Origin: Prasinococcaceae sp. CCMP 1430
Lineage: Eukaryota; Plantae; Prasinodermophyta
NCBI GenBank assembly: GCA_013416795.1
Contig: RQSC01000011.1
Span: forward strand, 174,721 to 238,720
Direction: 5' to 3'
DNA: 64,000 bases
Below, in pieces: positions 32,937 through 43,870 of this stretch. The position numbers and the translations under genes are program-made. The notes below the pieces were generated by a model. It was not told where the DNA came from, searched no databases, and worked only from the letters and a program-made list of their open reading frames with translations. Each line of letters begins with the position of its first letter. Position 1 is the first letter of the stretch.

Positions 32937-34633
32937 ATGGTGCCGCTCGTGATGATGTCGGCGCTTGTCGCGGCCGGCGCCGCCGGGGCGCACGCGGCGG
33001 ACACGTGCGGCGTGTGCCACATCCAGTACCTGCACAAGGATGCCTCAACGCCCGAGCCGGCTCTGATGGACACGGCGTGCAGCGCCTTCGCCTCGGGCTC
33101 GTGCTGCACGCCCGAGACGGCCATCCTCGCGTCATCGAACAGTGGCGCAGAGCTCTACGGGTGAGCACAGTGCCTGCCGCGCGCGCGCGCGTGCGTGCGC
33201 GATGATGCGACGCCATGACTCGCAAACCGAGCAGCTGGCTGACGAGACGCATGCGCGTTGTCGCCGCCACATATCTTGTTGCGCGCGTGCGATGTCCCCC
33301 TCCTTCTTCCGCTCATTCTTGCGCGCCGCCATCCGAACGCCATCAGACCGGAGTACCGCTGGGACCGCTGCGGCCCGCTCTCGCCCGAGTGCGAGCGCTT
33401 CTTCGTGGCGGAGGCATGCTGGTATGAGTGTGCCGTCGAGGCCGGCAAGTACAGGAAGCAGTACGTGGGGGGCGTTGTGTGTGTTTCGTGTGTCATGTGT
33501 GTGTGTATGTTGTGTCGTCGTCTGCGCGCGCGTGTTGGTGTGTGTGACTTTCCTCCACCTTGCCATCGCCACTCTCGCACCTTGAGCTTCGGTGCGACTG
33601 ATGACAGCGATCGTCCGAGCGACTCTGCCGGCCGTTGCGCCGGCGCGAGCGTTGCTGACGCAGTCACTCGCCATCGAGTAGGGGTGCCCGGGGCATGGAC
33701 ACGCTCAGCGGTCCCTCTGCCTCGGTGCTGAGATCATACCCTCAATGACCGGACCAGGGTAATGCCTGCGTCGGAAACTCAGCGCCCTCACGCGCGCGGA
33801 CTCCACAGTGGCAATCCGCTGGCCAGTGCTGCAGTACGCACGGCTTCTCCAAAGCCGGAGGCTGTGGAAAGCACGCCGTCGCGCTCGTGGACTGCAGCGC
33901 GGAGGCTCGAGGTGCTGATTGATTGATGTGCGCGCCTGCGCTGCCCCTCCCTTACGCCTTCGCTGTCGCCGCCGCCGCGCCTGCCGCTGCGCGCCACGCC
34001 ACGCGCGCAGTGCCGACTGTGCTGCCAGCGCCAACGGCACCGGCAACTCATGGCAGATCTACCACGCCCCGATGAAGGGCTCCTACTGCGACGAATTCTA
34101 CGAGGCCTGCAAGGCCGACTTCTTCTGCTCGAGCACCGGCACCGGCTCGTTTTTCGACACTGTCGCAGACGAGTGCGGCACGCTGGGCGACATCCAGTCG
34201 AACTGCAAGTCTTTCGAAGAGCTGTACGGCAGCGGCGAGGCGCTCTGCGAGAAGATGTGGGACGACAGCTTCATCTACGTGCCCACGACCAACTTCTCCG
34301 ACCCTGACCACAACGCATCGGACGCGTTCGGTGCGCCCTGCGCGCGTGCTCTGCGGCCTGATGCGCCGCATTGTGCCGCCGCTTGTTGAAGCGAAGGCGT
34401 AGTGCTGACGCGACGTCGCCCTTGCGACTCCCGCAGTGTGGGACTGGCCTGCGAACGAAACCAACCCAAATGCCGCCGTGCTCGATCATGTCGAGTGGCC
34501 CGACTCCTGCAATGAGTCGGAGCACGACGCGTGGGTGGAGTTCGACCTGAAGGCGCTCGAGGAGTGCCCGAACGTCATCTCGGACGGCACCACTGGCAAT
34601 GTGACCAACGCGACGGGCGGATACAACCCTTGA
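32937..34633 (+). CDS. Secreted folate-receptor/riboflavin-binding-protein-fold (FOLR-like) protein, 284 aa
   Basis: Exons 32937-33160, 33347-33460, 34011-34330 and 34437-34633 sum to 855 nt = 285 codons including the stop. Signal peptide, then C..F...SCCT, YRWDRCGPLSPECERFF..EACWYEC, W.....P....YCDEFYEAC and C..FEELYGSGEALCEKMWDDSF. Confidence 0.87.
33676..33780 (+). ncRNA. TPP (thi-box) riboswitch aptamer in intron 2 of the FOLR-like gene
   Basis: P1 GAGT/ACTC; P2 AGGGGT/ATACCCT; P3 CCGGGGCA/TGCCTCGG with P3a GGAC/GTCC; conserved GCTGAGA; P4 CCG/CGG; P5 CAGG/CCTG with GTAATG loop; conserved GCGT..GGAA. Confidence 0.93.
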
Positions 34634-35135
34634 CGTGAGACCTCCTCCGACGAGCGAGCGAGAGATGATCGAGCGCGAGTGGGCACAACTGCCACCCCGC
34701 GCACTATATGTGACGAGCGCATACGAGTAGACACTACTGTGTCACCCCCGCGCACTATGACGCAGGGGGATCAGCGCGCGACGAAGCGCAAGACAAGCCA
34801 CAAGCAAGAGGAGCCGGGCGCGGGGCACGCGCAGCCCCCACTACCCCGGTCAGTTTCAACTGTCTTTGTTTTCGATTTGACGTGTTCGGGATCTCTCCCG
34901 TGGGGAGATGAGGTGGGAGCGGTTCGTTTGCCACGAAGCGGGTGTGCGCGGAGGCTGCAAAAACTGCCGAGGCGCGCAGGCCCACTGCGCGCGCGCGCGG
35001 CGCTGCGCAGGGCGGGGCGGGGCGGGGCGGGGCGGGCGCGTCGTGGACAACCTCTCCTTCCCTCTCTTCGAGGCTGGATGGGGCGCACGCGGACGCCGCG
35101 CCGCGAGGCGTGCCGTGGTCGCGCGCGCGGGCGCT

Positions 35136-35501
35136 ATGGGCGCCACAGGCGGTGGCGCCACGGCCGAGAGCAGGCAGCGCAGACAGCGCGTCTTCGCCAA
35201 GTACAAGGGGGAGGCAGCGGAGGCGAGGCGACGACAGCAAAAGAGACAGCGAGGCACGCCCGCGCGGGGCGCGTCAAACGCGCGCATTGACGCCGTGTCG
35301 CTGCTCGTGTGCTACATCGCGCCCGCGGTGCTCGCGCTCGCCTTGCTCGTGTCGCTCGTCAGCGTGCTCGGAACGCGCGCGCTCGAGGCCATGGCGTGGA
35401 GCAGCGCGGAGTCTGTCCACGCTACGTCCACGCTGCGCCGAGCGTCGATGATGATGTCCGGCGAGAGGGCGTCGAGCGCCGCAGCGGGCGGCGAGCTGTA
35501 G
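35136..35501 (+). CDS. Small hypothetical membrane protein (121 aa)
   Basis: ATG-TAG ORF with a basic N-terminus and one long hydrophobic segment (VSLLVCYIAPAVLALALLVSLVSVLG). Confidence 0.5.
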   Translation: MGATGGGATAESRQRRQRVFAKYKGEAAEARRRQQKRQRGTPARGASNARIDAVSLLVCYIAPAVLALALLVSLVSVLGTRALEAMAWSSAESVHATSTLRRASMMMSGERASSAAAGGEL

Positions 35502-35775
35502 CGAGCACCGGAGCGGCCCACGAGACGGGGACGGCCGTGCGCGTGCGCGCAGCAAGTGTCGTGGTCCCGCGCCGATCCTTGTTAATACTAATCCCATGTT
35601 GTATATGACATTCGCCCGCAAGAGCTTGCAGCGCGCGCGCGCGCCGCGCGGAGGGCCGTTGACACCGCCCGCCCGGCTGCCGTTGCAACCGCTACGGCAG
35701 GCTCGGTACTGTATGGCGAGGCTCCCCTGCGCGCGCGCCCGACCGCTCTACGCCCATCGACGGCGCTCGTCTCCC

Positions 35776-37260
35776 TCAGCGCTGTTTCTTGAACTCGCCG
35801 TTGCCACCGAGCGCGCCGTTGCCGTTGTGCGCGCCGTTGCCGTTGTGGTGCGTGCCGTTGCCGTTGTGCGTGCCGTTGCCATTCGCGGCGCCGCCGTTGG
35901 CAGGGCTGCGATGGGTGAGGCCATTGCCATTGCCGATGACCGCGACGCCGTGTCCGTTGAGCTCCGCAGGCGAGTTCTCGGCCTTGGCCTTCTTCGCCTT
36001 CTTCTTCTTGGCGTTGTACGTGTCGATATAGAACTGCACGAACAGAAGCAGGTACGAGCTGATGATGCCGACGCCGACAGCCGCGCCGTAGTCGGTGCCA
36101 ACGCAGAACTGCGGGCCGAACACCATGCGGTAGCCGACGGCGTAATAGATGCCAACGAGGTCGACCACGAACTGCAGGATCTGCAGGGCGGTCACGCACT
36201 GCTTCCACCACACGCGGATGCCGAGCGCCTTATTTGACGGATGCCGCGGGGGGCGGGCGGGCGAGCGTCAGCAATGCGTTCAGGGTATGCACCCCGCGAG
36301 AATGCGAGCGGCGCGCAGCATGGGAAGCCGCGCGTGCGCCACCTGGCGCACCTGCAGGCCGTAGTAGTAGTACATGATGATGTGCACGAACAGGTTGATG
36401 ACGACAGGCAGCCACTGGACGCCGAGCTCCTCGGTCATGGACACGTACACGAGCAGCAGGGTGGCGGGGTGGTGGTACACGTGCAAGAAAGGCGTGGGCT
36501 TGTTGCGCGCAGCCAGGAAGAACGTGTCGAGAAGCTCGTAGAACTGCGCGCCCGCGCGCGCCGAGCGAGGGCGCCGATCGTCAGCACGGGCGCGCTGGCG
36601 CGCTGCCGACGGTCGCTGGCACAACAGTCTTGCAGCACGCGCCGCGGCTGGCGCACTGGCGCGCTTGCCTGCGAGAGCCACGCGCGTCATGCGCTCACCT
36701 TGAAGACGTAGTTCGCGAAGTAGAGCGCCCACAGAAAGCCGGGCTTGATGAGCTCCTTCGAGCAGATGAAGCCTGTTCGCGCAGTGTCAGTCGCAGGCCC
36801 GCGCCTGTCACATCCGCGCCGCTGCTGTTGAAGTCTGGTGCGCGCTTCGAAAACGCCCGAACAGCCCTCTCAACACGCCGCAGGGGCGCGGCGGGGGGCG
36901 CACGCCGCTCGCGCGCCGATCAGCGCCTCCTCGCGGCGCGGTCGCTCGCCACGCACCGTGCAGGTTTTCGACGCGCGCCCAGCGCGTGGCGAGGCTGGCG
37001 ACCATCATGCTCCACAGCGCGAGCGAGCCTGCGCTGAGCATGAAGTTGTGCGCCACGAGCATCCACTTGAGGCTGAGCGGCTTCTCCCCGCGCGCGGCGC
37101 GCGCCGCCGCCCAGCGCTTGGTCGCCCACACGCCCGCCAGGTACGCCGCGCACGTGCCCACCGGCAGCTGCCAGTGCTCCTTGTACACCGGCGGCGTGTA
37201 CCCCTCGAAGCGCAGCGCCACGCCGCGCGCCGCCTCCGCGAGGCCCGCCATCCCCCCCAT
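35776..37260 (-). CDS. ELO/GNS1/SUR4 fatty-acid elongase
   Basis: Exons 37260-36957, 36772-36699, 36543-36352 and 36228-35776. Motifs HNFMLS, KFYELLDT, FLHVYHH, NLFVHIIMYYYY, TALQILQF and LLFVQFY. Confidence 0.92.
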
Positions 37261-37736
37261 CCGCGCGCCCTCCCCGCCCCGCGACGACGCCCAACGCAGC
37301 CCGAGGCAAGACTCAACGCAGGCGGCCGAAAAATTGGCGCGGCTGAGCTGCGGCCGGCGCCAATTTCGCGCGCGCGCGCGCGCGGTGTGTGGAGCCGCCG
37401 GCCGCTCAGGGCCGCTCAGGGCCGCTCACACGCGCACGCGCACGCGCGCGAACGGATGGATGCGAACGGGGTGCTCCGATCGCGCGATCGGTGCCGGCGC
37501 CGCGAAAATCAAAAATCGAGACAGCGGAAAGCGGCGGCGAAAGGGGCGGCGCAGCGGAAAAGCGTGGGAGGAAAATCCGGAACGAGCGCGATTCGGGCGG
37601 AGGGGGCTGCCCGGGGCGAGAGCGCGGCGCGCGCGTTCGCGGCCGCGAATTCGGACAGACGGACGGACGGCAAACGTCCGGTTCGTGTCGTGGTCGCGAC
37701 GCCGCGCGCGCGCGCGCGAGCCGACAGGCTGTTTGT

Positions 37737-38061
37737 GTGCAAGTGTGTGTGTGTGCGTGTGTGTGGTTGCGTGTGTGTGTGTGTGTGTGTGTACCCTGTG
37801 TGTGTGTGCGTGCACGGGTGCGCGGCTGCTTCAAGAGCAAGCGCCAAGAGCAAAGCCTCGCTCCTGCCATGCGGTGCTGTGCCTGCGTCCGCGAGCTGTG
37901 ATCCATCCATCGACACTCGCGCTGCGCGCCGCCGCGTCTGGCGTGCTCCCTTGCTTGCGAGACGGGCGGCGCTCCACGTGCGAGGCGTGGTGGTGCCGGC
38001 GGCTGCGGCCGAGCCCGAGCCCGCGTGTGTCGCATGTCGATACACACACACACACACGCAC

Positions 38062-38114
<53 letters not shown>

Positions 38115-38143
38115 CGAGCACACACACACACACACGCACACAA
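37737..38143. repeat. (GT)n and (CA)n microsatellites, including an inverted (CA)n-(TG)n-(CA)n array
   Basis: (GT)n at about 37737-37810; at 38041-38143 a (CA) tract, a long (TG) tract, then another (CA) tract. Confidence 0.9.
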
Positions 38144-39082
38144 ACATTCGCTTCGCTTCACTGCCTGCCGGTGGCGGTGGGGGTGGTGCGCTTGCATGCG
38201 CGCGCTCATGCGAGCGCGAAAGCGCCGGCGCGCCGCGTGCGCGCGAGCGCGCTCATCGAAACGCACTGACCGCCTGCATTGACACCCACACCGCAGGTCA
38301 CCGGATCACCCCACTCCGACTGGCCTTTTCGCCGCGGCCAGTGACGGGAGGATTGATTGAACGAAACGGGGCTCACCGCAGGGCGGATGACGGGGATTCG
38401 GATTCGGGTCTGTGCTTCGGCTCACTGCCCGAGGATGACCGGGATGGCGTATTGGGTTTTTCTGGGGGAGCTCGCGCGCGGCGCGCGGCGCTGCCGCCTG
38501 CACCGCGGCAGCCGAGGGGGACGGGAGGAGGGGAGGGGCTTCTTCCCCTCGGCCTGATTCTCACGCGCGCGCGCACGCGCGCAAGTGCTGGGTCGGCGTT
38601 CGTTCCCCTCGCCCTCTACGCCCACCCACCGGGGGGCCACAGCGCGCGCGCGCGCGCGCCGGGCGCGCCGGCGCACGCGCCGGGCCGGCCGCCGCTCTGC
38701 GCGCGCGCGCGCCAGCTAGCTGGGAGGGAGGAGGGGGCGCGGCGCGAGGGCGCGCTCGCCCCAGGTTGCTGGCTGGCGCCCTCGTCCGCCGAGGGTGAAT
38801 GTGCACCAACTCGTCGACGGACGCCCCCGTGCTGCCCGCTCAAACCGGTGGCACGAAGACGATATCGGGCGGCGCCGCGAGGGCGGTGTTGAAGTGGCTG
38901 CACGCTGCCGCGGCGGGCGCGGACGCGGCGAGTGCCGGCGACGCCGGCGCGGCGTCACGTCGCCCGCGGCGCGCACGGCGCCGCCCGGCACGCGGCCGAT
39001 GTCCTCGCGATGGTGGCAGAACGCGCGCCGACATCGCAGGACGGGCAGTGCCCCCGGCGCAACCGAGGGGGGCGCTCCAGGC

Positions 39083-40369
39083 ATGATGAATGGCAGCGCC
39101 AGCAGAGAAAGGCCGCTCGCCGGGGGGGCTCTGCAGCGGCTGGGAGGCGCCCTCATGTTGCCCGCCAGGCGCCACTCCACCGTTCGCGCGAGGCGCAATA
39201 CCTTACGCCTATGCGCGTGCGTGCTGCTCTCGCTGTTCGTCCTATACCACAATCGGTTTCTGTTCTTCTCGAACGGCTCGATGGGCAACCGGCATGACTG
39301 GTACACCCTCGCGCGGCAGCGCCACACGCTGCGCGTGCTGGGTGCCACGCTGATGGACTCGGATGCCGCGCGCCTCCGCTCTGACTTCGGCGCATCGGCC
39401 GCGCCGCCCGAGGGCTTCGACGCGCACAAGCACGCGTGGGCGGTGACCATTGGCACGGCGACCTACGACAAGCGCGCCGTGCAGGCCACGCTGGCCTCCA
39501 TCGCGGCGCACTCGGTCGTGCGCAACGTGATAGTGATGTACGCCGACAACATCCCGCGCGAGCGCGTCGAGGCCATGCTCACGCCAGAGCTTCGCCGCTG
39601 CCTGCAGCTCGAGCTCGTGGCGGCGGATCCGCTGGCCTGCCCCAACGCCGACGCGTGGCACACGTGGCGCTATCATGGCACCTACATGCGCTTCAATCTC
39701 TGGGGGCTGACGCACTTTGAGCGCATCGTGTACGTCGACCTGGACTTCATCGTGCTCGACCGCCGCTTTGACAACCTCTTCTGGTACCGCATGCCGAAGG
39801 ATGCGCTCATCGGTGCCGCGCCTTACAGCTCGGGGTTGTGCTACTCGGGTGACGCTCCCACCACCTTCAGCCTGGGGCGGCCGTGGTGCCCGTTCGCGAG
39901 CGCGATGGATGACGGGCTGTTCAACGCAGGAATGATGGTGCTCAAGCCCGATGAGGCCACCGCGCAGGGCCTGCTGGCGATGCATGCCCGGACGCAGCTC
40001 GAGGCGCGCAACTGGCTGACGGGGAGGCGCTTCTGCGTGACGAGCCAACCGGTACTGCAGCACTACTTCGTGTGGCTCAAGCGGGGCGCGGTGGACTATC
40101 TGCCGGTCGCCTTCAACTTTTGGCCCAAGGCGGGCGCGCACCTGCCCGACACGAGATTCGGGGCGCACTTCGTTGGCGAGAAGAAATTCAAGCCGTGGGC
40201 GCTTGACAGGCGTAAGGCGCTGGCCACGTCCACTTCCCACGCGGAGTGGTGGGGCGACCTCGACCGCGCAGGCCAAAGTGGGCAGGCATGTGCCGCCAAC
40301 GAGAGCGCAGCAGCGCTCGGCTTCCGCCCGCTGCACGTTGCTCAGCCCTCTCGCGCGGATGGTCACTGA
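39083..40369 (+). CDS. Glycosyltransferase family 8 (glycogenin/galactinol-synthase-like), type II membrane
   Basis: TM segment CACVLLSLFVLY; MRFNLWGLTHFERIVYVDLDFIVL (DxD), FNAGMMVLKP, SQPVLQHYF and AHFVGEKKFKPW. Start codon is uncertain. Confidence 0.85.
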   Translation: MMNGSASRERPLAGGALQRLGGALMLPARRHSTVRARRNTLRLCACVLLSLFVLYHNRFLFFSNGSMGNRHDWYTLARQRHTLRVLGATLMDSDAARLRSDFGASAAPPEGFDAHKHAWAVTIGTATYDKRAVQATLASIAAHSVVRNVIVMYADNIPRERVEAMLTPELRRCLQLELVAADPLACPNADAWHTWRYHGTYMRFNLWGLTHFERIVYVDLDFIVLDRRFDNLFWYRMPKDALIGAAPYSSGLCYSGDAPTTFSLGRPWCPFASAMDDGLFNAGMMVLKPDEATAQGLLAMHARTQLEARNWLTGRRFCVTSQPVLQHYFVWLKRGAVDYLPVAFNFWPKAGAHLPDTRFGAHFVGEKKFKPWALDRRKALATSTSHAEWWGDLDRAGQSGQACAANESAAALGFRPLHVAQPSRADGH

Positions 40370-40955
40370 CGAGTGTGCTCCAAGAGCGAGCGCCCCGCCC
40401 TCCGTGCGCGCCGCCTCATCCATCTAACGGCTGGAGCGACCGCCGCTGCAGCACGTGGCCGCTCGCTTGCGCCACGAGCGCGCGCGAGCGAGGTAACACT
40501 TCTCTCTCCGGTCGCGCCGTCCTGCCTGCCGCGCAGATGTCGGTGCTAGTGCTCCACAGTCAGTCGCTCGCTCGCGTGCGCGCCGCGCGCGCATCGACAC
40601 GTGTGGCTGGTGAAGGATCGTTTTTAGGTGGCCAAAAGGTCAAAACGAGACTCTCTGTTGCAGGACTCTGGTGCCTGCCCGGGCCACCGAATGTGTCGGT
40701 GCCGTCCACCTCTCGGGCCGCGAAAGACATTGCTTGAAAATTTTGTCGTGACCCGCTCTTGTGCTGCTGTCACGCAGGCCGCCGGGGCAGCTCTGTTGGG
40801 GTGCTGATACCACACCTGCGGTATCTAGCTCTGTACGTCGGTAGTAAAGGAAGAAGTTGGTGGGTTCGTTCGTTTGTCGTGTGCAGGTGCGCTTGTGGCG
40901 GCACGCTCGGCATAGGTCGGCTACTGCGGTGCCTTCCCTCGTGTTTTCATCGTCA

Positions 40956-42693
40956 TCAGTGTGTCGTGAGCTCCTCGTGGCAAACCAACACGCTGGGCGC
41001 TTTCGCAGAAGGACCGGCATGCCCAAACTCAGACTCGTTGCTGCCGACACGCTGCAGGCGCCACCTGCTCGAAGGAGTCGGAGATGCCAGTCGAGCAAGG
41101 GCGGGTGTAGGATGCGCGCAGTCGATGCTCACGTCATCGCGGTCGACATCCATCGGGGCCGACACGATCGGCGCCGCGGCCGCCCCCCCGTGACTGCGGC
41201 ATCCATCGTCGGGAGTGATCGGAGAGAACTGCTGCGCCCGCATGCTCGGCCGGCGCTGGAGCTGTTGCTGCTGCTGCGTCGCGCCCGACCGATCGTCGAC
41301 AATGGACATCGTCTCCGACTCGCCGACGCTGAGGCCCGGTGAGGTCAGCTGCTGCTTTTGGTCGGCAGCCGCGAGGTCGCTGGGCAGCCAGCCAGCTTGG
41401 CCGCCAGCCCGCGCCTGCTGCTCACGCTGTCGCTGCTCCGCTTGCAGCTGCTGCTGCCTTGTCCTGGCCTCCGCGGCCGCCTGGTTGCTCTCTTCTATCC
41501 ACCCGCTATGCATGACGCACATGGCGCGCCTGAGGGCGCGCACTGCGCGCTGGTCATCGACGCTGAGGTCAAGCAGTCGTCGCACGCGCTCCTCGGCGGT
41601 GGACACGAGCGGCCCACGGGGCGCGCCCGCGTCCTCGCTCAGCACGTGGACGATGCACGTGAGAGCCGCCGCTGCGCAGATGCGCGGCGCGACGAGGCGC
41701 GCGTTGTCGAAGGACATGGCCCCCAGGATCAAGTCATCGGCGGTGCCGAAGATCTGGTCCTGGTGAGACTCGTCCATTCCGTAGAGGCTCCACTGCGCCG
41801 ACACCTCCGGCGATGCCTTCACGGCCAGGGCGAGCAGCATCGAGCGAAGCCCTAGATCCTGTCGCAGTGCGTCGACGAACATGAAGGGCGTCGGCGCGAG
41901 GGATTCAACCTTCCATCCCACTGCGGCCAGCACCCGCCACTCCATTGCCGCAAGCTCCTTCCGCGTCGACACGCGCGCGGCGCTGCCTGCTTCCGCGCCA
42001 CCCGGCGCCGACGCCCCGCTCGCCTCGACGGGCCACAAGACCGACGTCAGGAAGATCTCGCCATACAGCTGGCGCTCCTGCTTGGGGTCGTATTTTTGGT
42101 CGAGTGCCTTGAGCGACAGCGTGAGGCATGCCACAGCCGCCACGACGAGGGGGCGCGAGGTGGGCGCCGAGAGCAGGGAGCGCGTTCGATGGCGGTCGGC
42201 AAGCGAGGCCTCCAATCTCGAGGATTGCTGCACCTCGGCGGCGACGTACCGCTCGAGCAGCTGCGACGCGTGCCACGTCGCATCGCGCACCCACTCGCAC
42301 CTTCGCTGGAGGTAGCCCATGCCCATCGCGAAGGCTGCTTGCGCCCCGAAATCAGTGATCCATCGCGAGGCCTCGTCGAGCCACGCGGCGGCCTCGGCGC
42401 GAGCAGCCGGCCAGTAGGTGCTCTCGCCCCAATCAACAGAGGCCGTGCTGTAAGCGCCGCCGTTGGTACCCCCTGCGCGTTCTGACTCGGCGCTCGCGCG
42501 CTTGGCCAGAAACGCCTCCTCGCTGGCGCGCAGCTCCGCCACCAGGGCTGGAACGCTCGCAGAGGCCCTGAATGTTGCCACCGCGCCTACGGAAGGGGGC
42601 GCCGGCGTCGGGGCGCGCGTCGGCATGCAGGCGGCGCCGAGTGGGACCAGGTTCTTGGGCGCGTACGCCTGAAGGTGCCCCCGCCCCTGCTGG

Positions 42694-42735
<42 letters not shown>

Positions 42736-42908
42736 GTGTGCGCTTCTTTCTGGTCAGGCCGCATCACCCTCGCGAGACATTGCTGCTGCTGCTGCTGCTG
42801 CTGGGACCACGGCTTCGACTCCAAGGTGTGCGGCGGTCGCGGCTCCACTGCGGCCGCCGCCGAGAAGGCGCGGTCGGCCTCTTTTTGCGCGGCACATTGC
42901 CTCTGCAT
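40956..42908 (-). CDS. Cyclin (D-type-like) with polyQ tracts
   Basis: Cyclin box: RAEAAAWL..., QLLERYV, VAAVACLTLSLK, ELAAMEWRVLAAVGWKV..PTPFMFV. PolyQ near both termini; LVCHE near the C-terminus. Confidence 0.75.
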
Positions 42909-43689
42909 CTCGTCTGCCTGCGTCACTTGCGTCTGTCTGAGCCCACCAGCGCGCTCGCTAGGGCTTTGTCTGACCCGGCCAACCCACCACCAGGTTTTTC
43001 CGCGGCGCTCTGCTGCGGCCCGCCCTTGGGAGCCGACCCGCCCTCCTCTGGCGCGCCCGGCGCCTCCCCCTTCTCACCCTCCGCAAGGAGGGTCCAGCCG
43101 AGGCCTTCCCTCGCCGCGAGGCTCTGCCTCCGCCCGCGGCGTCCGCGTCCGCGCCGGCCCCCGCCGCGCGCACGCGCGCGCGCGCGCGAAGTCTGGCAGT
43201 TTGTGCGCGCGCGCGCGCGCGCGCGCGGCCGCGCCCCGAAAAAAAAACCATTCGACATTTCCACTCCCAATCCGCAGTCACTTCGCATTTCGCCCGTTCG
43301 CGAATGCGAACACGCAACTCTTCCGCGCGGCCCCGCCGGCAGATCGTTTTTTCGGTTTGCGCGCGCGCGTCCCGTGCGATTCGGTACTCATCACCCAATC
43401 ACGCCGGCAAATGAGCGCGCGCGGGCGCGCGCGCGCGCGCGCGCGCCGCGCCGCGGCCCCGGATCGGATTCCCCCTTGCAGGGGTGTTGACAGCCGCGCG
43501 GCGATGCACAGCGAGGGCACACCATCGAGCGGGCGAGAGAGAGAGACACGGCTCCGGCCGGCTCGTGTCGACAATTCGATATCGATGACGCGCGTCGATA
43601 TCGACTTGACACGCGCACGCACAGACGGCATGCCGCGCACACGCGCGTGCACACGCGCGTGTGGGCCCTCGAGCACACGCGCAAACACG

Positions 43690-43870
43690 CGCACGCATGC
43701 ACACACACACACCGTCACACACACACAGGCATACACAGGCACACACAGGCACACACAGGCACACATACACACACACGCACACACACATGCACACGCACAC
43801 ACACACACGCCCGCGCGCACGCACACACAACCGCAGTGCCATGCCACACGCGCACACACGTCCGCGTGCG
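43690..43870. repeat. Imperfect (CA)n / ACACACAGGC tandem repeat
   Basis: ACACACAGGC-like units repeated about four times inside CA tracts. Confidence 0.85.
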
